Below, piece by piece: positions 58,727-64,000 of a stretch of DNA of 64,000 nucleotides. Position numbers and translations under genes: made by a program. Origin of the DNA: an uncultured Flavobacterium sp. (GTDB lineage: Bacteria; Bacteroidota; Bacteroidia; Flavobacteriales; Flavobacteriaceae); NCBI GenBank assembly GCA_964535705.1, contig CAZHVE010000001.1, positions 56,960 to 120,959 of the forward strand, given 5' to 3'. The notes beneath the pieces were generated by a model. That model had not been told where the DNA came from. It made no database searches and saw nothing but the letters and a program-made list of their open reading frames with translations. Numbering within the stretch: position 1 is the first letter of the stretch; each line of letters starts with the position of its first letter.

Positions 58727-59392
58727 GTGAAAACGGGTTTGATTATTGGCAGCACCGGATTGATCGGTTCCCAACTTTTAGAACTTCTTTTAGAAAGTAA
58801 GGAATATTCAACAGTGATTGCCTTTGTCAAAAGAGATTCAGGTATTCAGCACCCGAAATTAAAACAATATATCATTGATTTTGACAAACCGGAAACTTAT
58901 AGGAAATTAGTCGTTGGTGATGATTTCTTTTGTACCATTGGCACGACCATAAAAAATGCCGGGAGCCAGGAGGCTTTCAGAAAAGTGGATTTTGAATACC
59001 CCCAGCAATTTGCTAAAATCGCCCTTGAAAACAAAGTAAAACATTTCTTGATTGTTTCCTCTCTTGGAGCTGACACCAACTCCTCAAATTTTTACTTGAA
59101 AACAAAAGGGGAAATTCAAGATTTTCTCAAAAAATGTCCTTTTAAAAGTGTTTCTGTATTTCAACCTTCCATCCTTTTAGGAAATCGAGTCGAATTTAGA
59201 TTGGGAGAAAAAATTGGCAGCTTTTTTATGAAACTTTTTTCATTTTTACTAATCGGCAATTTAAGAAAATACAAACCCATACAAAGTGAAGCTGTTGCTA
59301 TAGCTATGTTTATCATTGCCCAAAAGGATAACAAAGGATTTTATGCTATAGAATCTGACAGCATACAAGAAATTGCAAACAAAAAATCCTGA
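58727..59392 (+). CDS. NAD(P)H-binding oxidoreductase (TIP30/YraR-like)
   Basis: GSTGLIG, CTIGTTIKNAGS, FYLKTKGE. Confidence 0.85.
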   Translation: MKTGLIIGSTGLIGSQLLELLLESKEYSTVIAFVKRDSGIQHPKLKQYIIDFDKPETYRKLVVGDDFFCTIGTTIKNAGSQEAFRKVDFEYPQQFAKIALENKVKHFLIVSSLGADTNSSNFYLKTKGEIQDFLKKCPFKSVSVFQPSILLGNRVEFRLGEKIGSFFMKLFSFLLIGNLRKYKPIQSEAVAIAMFIIAQKDNKGFYAIESDSIQEIANKKS

Positions 59393-59411
59393 GCGAAAGC
59401 TCAGGATTTTC
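59381..59411. terminator. Bidirectional terminator
   Basis: AAAATCCTGAGC-GAAA-GCTCAGGATTTT. Confidence 0.8.
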
Positions 59412-59432
59412 ATCATATAACTATTTCTTTGA

Positions 59433-60626
59433 TTACGAAAGTGCCGCTTTTACTTGGTCCGCTGCTTCTTGAAATTCTACAGCTGATAAAATTGGCATTC
59501 CTGAATTATCAATTAATTCTTTTGCAATAACTGCATTGGTTCCCTGCAAACGAACAATAATTGGCACTTTAATCGCATCTCCCATGTTTTTGTAGGCATC
59601 TACAACACCTTGAGCCACACGGTCACAACGAACGATTCCACCAAAAATGTTAATCAAAATTGCTTTTACATTTGGATCTTTCAAAATGATACGGAACGCT
59701 AATTCCACACGTTTTGCATCAGCAGTTCCACCAACGTCCAAGAAGTTTGCAGGTTCAAAACCGGCATATTTTATTAAATCCATCGTTGCCATTGCTAATC
59801 CAGCTCCATTTACCATACAACCTACAGTTCCATCAAGATCTACATAATTCAATCCTGCTTCTTTTGCTTCTACTTCGATTGGGTTTTCCTCACGAACGTC
59901 ACGCATTTCTGCTAAGTCTTGATGTCTGAACAACGCATTGTCATCTAAATTTACTTTAGCATCAACCGCAATAATTTTGTTATCCGAAGTTTTCAAAACT
60001 GGATTGATTTCAAACATCGAAGCATCAGAACCAATATACGCTTTGTATAAAGCATCTACAAACTGAACCATTTCTTTGAAAGCATTTCCAGAAAGACCTA
60101 AATTAAAGGCAATTCTTCTTGCTTGAAACCCTTGTAATCCAACTGTTGGATCAATTTCTTCAGTAAAGATTAAATGGGGAGTGTGTTCTGCCACTTCTTC
60201 AATATCCATTCCACCTTCGGTAGAATACATAATCATATTGCGACCTTTACTTCTATTCAATAAAACCGACATATAAAACTCCGAAGTTTCCGTTTCACCC
60301 GGGTAATAAACATCTTCAGCAACTAAAACCTTATGTACTTTTTTTCCTTCCGCAGATGTTTGAGGTGTAATCAATTGCATTCCGATGATTTGACCTGAAA
60401 TATCTTCTACTTGTTGAAGGTTTTTAGCAAGCTTCACCCCGCCCCCTTTTCCGCGTCCACCAGCATGAACTTGAGCTTTAATAACATGCCATCCTGTTCC
60501 CGTTTCGGCAGTCAATCGTTTTGCAGCAGCAACTGCTTCTTGTGGATTATTCGCCACATAGCCACGTTGCACTTTTACGCCATAGCTGGCCAATATTTCT
60601 TTTCCTTGGTATTCGTGTATATCCAT
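59433..60626 (-). CDS. sucC: Succinate--CoA ligase beta subunit
   Basis: [44 protein letters not shown]. Confidence 0.97.
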   Translation of the reverse strand: MDIHEYQGKEILASYGVKVQRGYVANNPQEAVAAAKRLTAETGTGWHVIKAQVHAGGRGKGGGVKLAKNLQQVEDISGQIIGMQLITPQTSAEGKKVHKVLVAEDVYYPGETETSEFYMSVLLNRSKGRNMIMYSTEGGMDIEEVAEHTPHLIFTEEIDPTVGLQGFQARRIAFNLGLSGNAFKEMVQFVDALYKAYIGSDASMFEINPVLKTSDNKIIAVDAKVNLDDNALFRHQDLAEMRDVREENPIEVEAKEAGLNYVDLDGTVGCMVNGAGLAMATMDLIKYAGFEPANFLDVGGTADAKRVELAFRIILKDPNVKAILINIFGGIVRCDRVAQGVVDAYKNMGDAIKVPIIVRLQGTNAVIAKELIDNSGMPILSAVEFQEAADQVKAALS

Positions 60627-61061
60627 ATTGAGGTATTTGACAAGATTCTGAATGTATTCCAGAAATTAAGTGCGGCAAAAATAACACAATTCATCTTAAA
60701 ACTAAAATCTTTTTTGATAATTCAAGCAGTCTTTAAATTTGATTAAAGAAAAATTAGCCTTTAAATTTTAATGTGCACTCCCCAACTATTTATAAACTAG
60801 ATTTTAAGTCTCAAAAATTATATTAGAATCTGCTATATCGATTAAAACAATAAATAAATGGAATAATTTGAATCTTATTATCTTAAATTAAATAAAAAAA
60901 ATCATAATGAATTGTCAATTTATCAATTTGAATCTATAAGATTGCTTATATCATTAATAAATATGCTTTTTTCTGCCATTACTATAAAAATAGATGTCTT
61001 ATGATGTTTTCAATTCATTATAATTAATGAAATCTTTATTTTTGCATAAAAATTAATAAGC

Positions 61062-64000
61062 ATGAAAATTAAAGAACAAGGTCTTTATTTGCCTGAATTT
61101 GAACATGAAAACTGCGGGGCAGGGTTTATCTGTAACCTTAAAGGCGAAAAAACAAATCAAATCATACATGACGCCTTAGAAATCCTTGTAAAACTCGAAC
61201 ATCGTGGAGGTGTTAGCTCGGATGGAAAAACTGGTGATGGAGCCGGATTATTAATTGATATCCCTCACGAATATTTCAATAGGGTTTGTGATTTCAAGCT
61301 GCCCGAAGCTCGTGAATATGCCGTTGGAATGGTGTTTTTACCAAAAAATGAAAATCAATATGTTTTTTGTAAAAAAACATTCGAAAAAGAAATAAAAGGT
61401 CAGGGATTAACCATTTTAGGATGGAGAGAAGTTCCTGTAGATTCATCACAATTAGGACAAATAGCCGCCGCTTCTGAACCAAGAATTGATCAAATTTTCG
61501 TTGGGAAAAGCGAACCAATTGATGATGCCACATTCAAAGCAAAGCTTTATGCGGCCCGTAAAATAACGGAACACACTATTATCAATTCTAAAATATCTGA
61601 GAGCTCTTATTTTTATATCCCTAGTTTTTCAACTACTACGCTTATTTATAAGGGGATTATTATGCCCGAAGACATTGGTCCGTATTACATTGATTTACAG
61701 CAAACTGATTTAGTAACGCGATTAGCATTAGTACACCAACGTTTTTCTACCAATACAATGCCTTCTTGGGAGTTGGCCCAACCCTTTAGATATATATGCC
61801 AAAATGGGGAAATCAACACTTTGCGCGGAAATGTAAGTAGAATGCGCGTTAGAGAAGAAATCATGAAGAGCGATGTTTTTGGCCCGCAAATTGAAAAATT
61901 ATTTCCAATTATTATTCCAGGAAAGTCGGATTCAGCCTCTATGGATATGGTGGTGGAATTATTGATGCACACTGGAAGGTCATTGCCAGAAGTGATGATG
62001 ATGATGATTCCAGAAGCATGGGAAAAACACCAAACTATGTCATCAGAACGAAAAGCATTCTATGAATACAATGCCTGTATTATGGAGCCTTGGGATGGTC
62101 CTGCCTCTGTTCCGTTTTCAGATGGTGATTATGTGGGTGCCTTATTGGATCGTAATGGTTTGAGACCTTCTAGATATACGGTAACCAAGAGTGGAAAATT
62201 GATCATGGCATCCGAAATTGGTGTTGTAGCAATAGCTCCTGAAGATGTCGAAAGCCACGGTAGATTAGAACCAGGTAAAATGTTCTTGGTTGATATGAAC
62301 GAAGGACGCATCATTAATGACGAAGAAATCAAAAGCAAAATTGTTTCTGAAAGACCTTATCAGGAATGGTTAAACCAATATAGATTAAATTTAAAAGACG
62401 TACCAAGTACATCAGAAGTTTGTTCTATTGAAACTACAGATTTAGCTACGAGAGAACGTTTGTTTAATTATACTTTAGAGGATATTCAGGACATTATTAC
62501 TCCAATGGCTCAAAGTGGTAAAGAAACATTAGGCTCAATGGGTACAGATACACCATTAGCCGTTTTATCAGACAGACCACAATTAATCTATAATTATTTC
62601 AAACAATTATTTGCGCAAGTCACCAATCCTCCATTAGATGGAATTCGTGAGGAAATCGTTACTGATATTAGTTTGGCGTTAGGTCAAGACAGAAATATTT
62701 TTGACATTTCAAGTGAGCAATGCCGAAAATTAAGAATTCAGAATCCTGTAATTTCAAACAAAGATTTAGAAAAAATAAGAAATATTTCGGTAGATAACTT
62801 CAAAGCAGAAACTATTGAAATATTATATCCAAAAGCCAAAGGGTTAAATGGACTAGAGGATGCCTTAGAAGCAATTATTGTTCAAATTACAAAAGCAATA
62901 GAAAGAGGCACTAATATCATTATTTTATCCGACAGAGGGGTTACCAAAGATTTGGCTCCGATACCTTGTTTACTTGCATGTTCTTACATAAATCATCAGA
63001 TGAATCGTTTACGTAAGCGATCTTATTTTGATATTATCATTGAATCTGCCGAGCCACGAGAGCCACATCACTTCGCTACTCTTTTTGGATATGGAGCAAG
63101 TGCCATCAATCCTTATATGGTCAATGAAATCATCCGTGTTCAAGTAAGAGAAGGATTTATTACTGGTATCGATGAAGAAAAGGCGGTTCACAATTTCAAT
63201 AAAGCCATTGGTTATGGGATTTTAAAAATTATGAATAAAATAGGAATCTCTACTTTACATTCCTATAGGGGTTCGCAAATTTTTGAAATTGTAGGTTTTA
63301 ATTCTAAGTTCGTTCAAAAATATTTTCCATACACTACTTCAAGAATTGAAGGTATTGGACTGTATGAAATTGAAAAAGAAATTAATGAAAGATACAAATA
63401 TGCCTACCCAGATACTTTAATCCAAAACAGATTGGGATTAAACATTGGTGGGGAATATAGATGGAGACGTAATGGGGAAAGACACATGTTTAATCCTACT
63501 ACAATTGCTAAATTACAACAAGCGGTTCGATTGAGTGATCAAACTAGCTATGATGAATATGCAAAAGCTGTAAATGATCAAGCAAAAAGTTTAATGACCA
63601 TTCGTGGTTTATTCGAATTTACAAATCTTGATCCTATTCCTTTGACTGAGGTAGAACCGTGGACCGAAATCGTAAAACGATTCAAAACTGGCGCTATGTC
63701 TCTTGGTTCGATTTCCAAAGAAGCTCACGAAAACTTGGCTATTGCCATGAACCGAATTGGGGGTAAATCGAATTCTGGAGAAGGCGGTGAGGATAGAAAC
63801 CGTTTTCAACCGGATATCAATGGTGACAGCCGTAACTCGGCAATTAAACAGGTTGCCTCTGGACGATTTGGTGTTACTTCTCATTATTTGTCTAATGCAA
63901 GAGAAATTCAGATAAAAATGGCTCAAGGTGCAAAACCTGGCGAAGGCGGACAATTGCCTGGCGAAAAAGTAGATCCTTATATTGCTGCCACACGTAATTC
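61062..64000 (+). CDS. gltB: Glutamate synthase large subunit (5' part, runs off the window)
   Basis: [22 protein letters not shown]..., [35 protein letters not shown] in the same frame; absent from the ORF track because it has no stop in the window. Confidence 0.95.
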   Translation, partial: MKIKEQGLYLPEFEHENCGAGFICNLKGEKTNQIIHDALEILVKLEHRGGVSSDGKTGDGAGLLIDIPHEYFNRVCDFKLPEAREYAVGMVFLPKNENQYVFCKKTFEKEIKGQGLTILGWREVPVDSSQLGQIAAASEPRIDQIFVGKSEPIDDATFKAKLYAARKITEHTIINSKISESSYFYIPSFSTTTLIYKGIIMPEDIGPYYIDLQQTDLVTRLALVHQRFSTNTMPSWELAQPFRYICQNGEINTLRGNVSRMRVREEIMKSDVFGPQIEKLFPIIIPGKSDSASMDMVVELLMHTGRSLPEVMMMMIPEAWEKHQTMSSERKAFYEYNACIMEPWDGPASVPFSDGDYVGALLDRNGLRPSRYTVTKSGKLIMASEIGVVAIAPEDVESHGRLEPGKMFLVDMNEGRIINDEEIKSKIVSERPYQEWLNQYRLNLKDVPSTSEVCSIETTDLATRERLFNYTLEDIQDIITPMAQSGKETLGSMGTDTPLAVLSDRPQLIYNYFKQLFAQVTNPPLDGIREEIVTDISLALGQDRNIFDISSEQCRKLRIQNPVISNKDLEKIRNISVDNFKAETIEILYPKAKGLNGLEDALEAIIVQITKAIERGTNIIILSDRGVTKDLAPIPCLLACSYINHQMNRLRKRSYFDIIIESAEPREPHHFATLFGYGASAINPYMVNEIIRVQVREGFITGIDEEKAVHNFNKAIGYGILKIMNKIGISTLHSYRGSQIFEIVGFNSKFVQKYFPYTTSRIEGIGLYEIEKEINERYKYAYPDTLIQNRLGLNIGGEYRWRRNGERHMFNPTTIAKLQQAVRLSDQTSYDEYAKAVNDQAKSLMTIRGLFEFTNLDPIPLTEVEPWTEIVKRFKTGAMSLGSISKEAHENLAIAMNRIGGKSNSGEGGEDRNRFQPDINGDSRNSAIKQVASGRFGVTSHYLSNAREIQIKMAQGAKPGEGGQLPGEKVDPYIAATRN

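Noticed and set aside
60630..61060. Very AT-rich 430-bp gap as a possible origin or ncRNA
   Set aside because: No DnaA-box cluster or stable structure seen; consistent with divergent sucC/gltB promoters

Overview
AT-rich Flavobacterium-type (Bacteroidota) chromosomal window. Most of it is housekeeping genes: maf, tcdA, tatD, tRNA-Arg(ACG), kdsC, ccsBA, murQ, pepT, nusB-yajC, trmD-rplS, icd, rlmF, uvrB, sucC and the 5' part of gltB. There are two accessory zones. (1) Bases 1-11.1 kb hold gene debris (an orphan T9SS sorting-domain fragment, a DinJ/YafQ-type module whose toxin lacks both its ATG and its catalytic His, REP-like hairpins, a 3' remnant of yciH/SUI1), followed by a stress/envelope block (M50-CBS protease, PLD, CbpA, MlaEFD, GH130 plus a GT4 fusion). 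(2) Bases 24.9-29.4 kb, just downstream of tRNA-Arg, look like an integron-like cassette array with no integrase in the window. A consensus Bacteroidota promoter and a half att site precede two cassettes whose left and right core boxes are mutually complementary. Cassette 1 is a convergent restriction-modification pair. Its C5-methyltransferase is fused to a tyrosine-integrase Arm DNA-binding domain, and four TACGGA direct repeats cover its own promoter, which suggests autoregulation by a co-opted integrase arm module. Cassette 2 is a ParDE toxin-antitoxin module. Family assignments come from recalled motifs, not from database searches.
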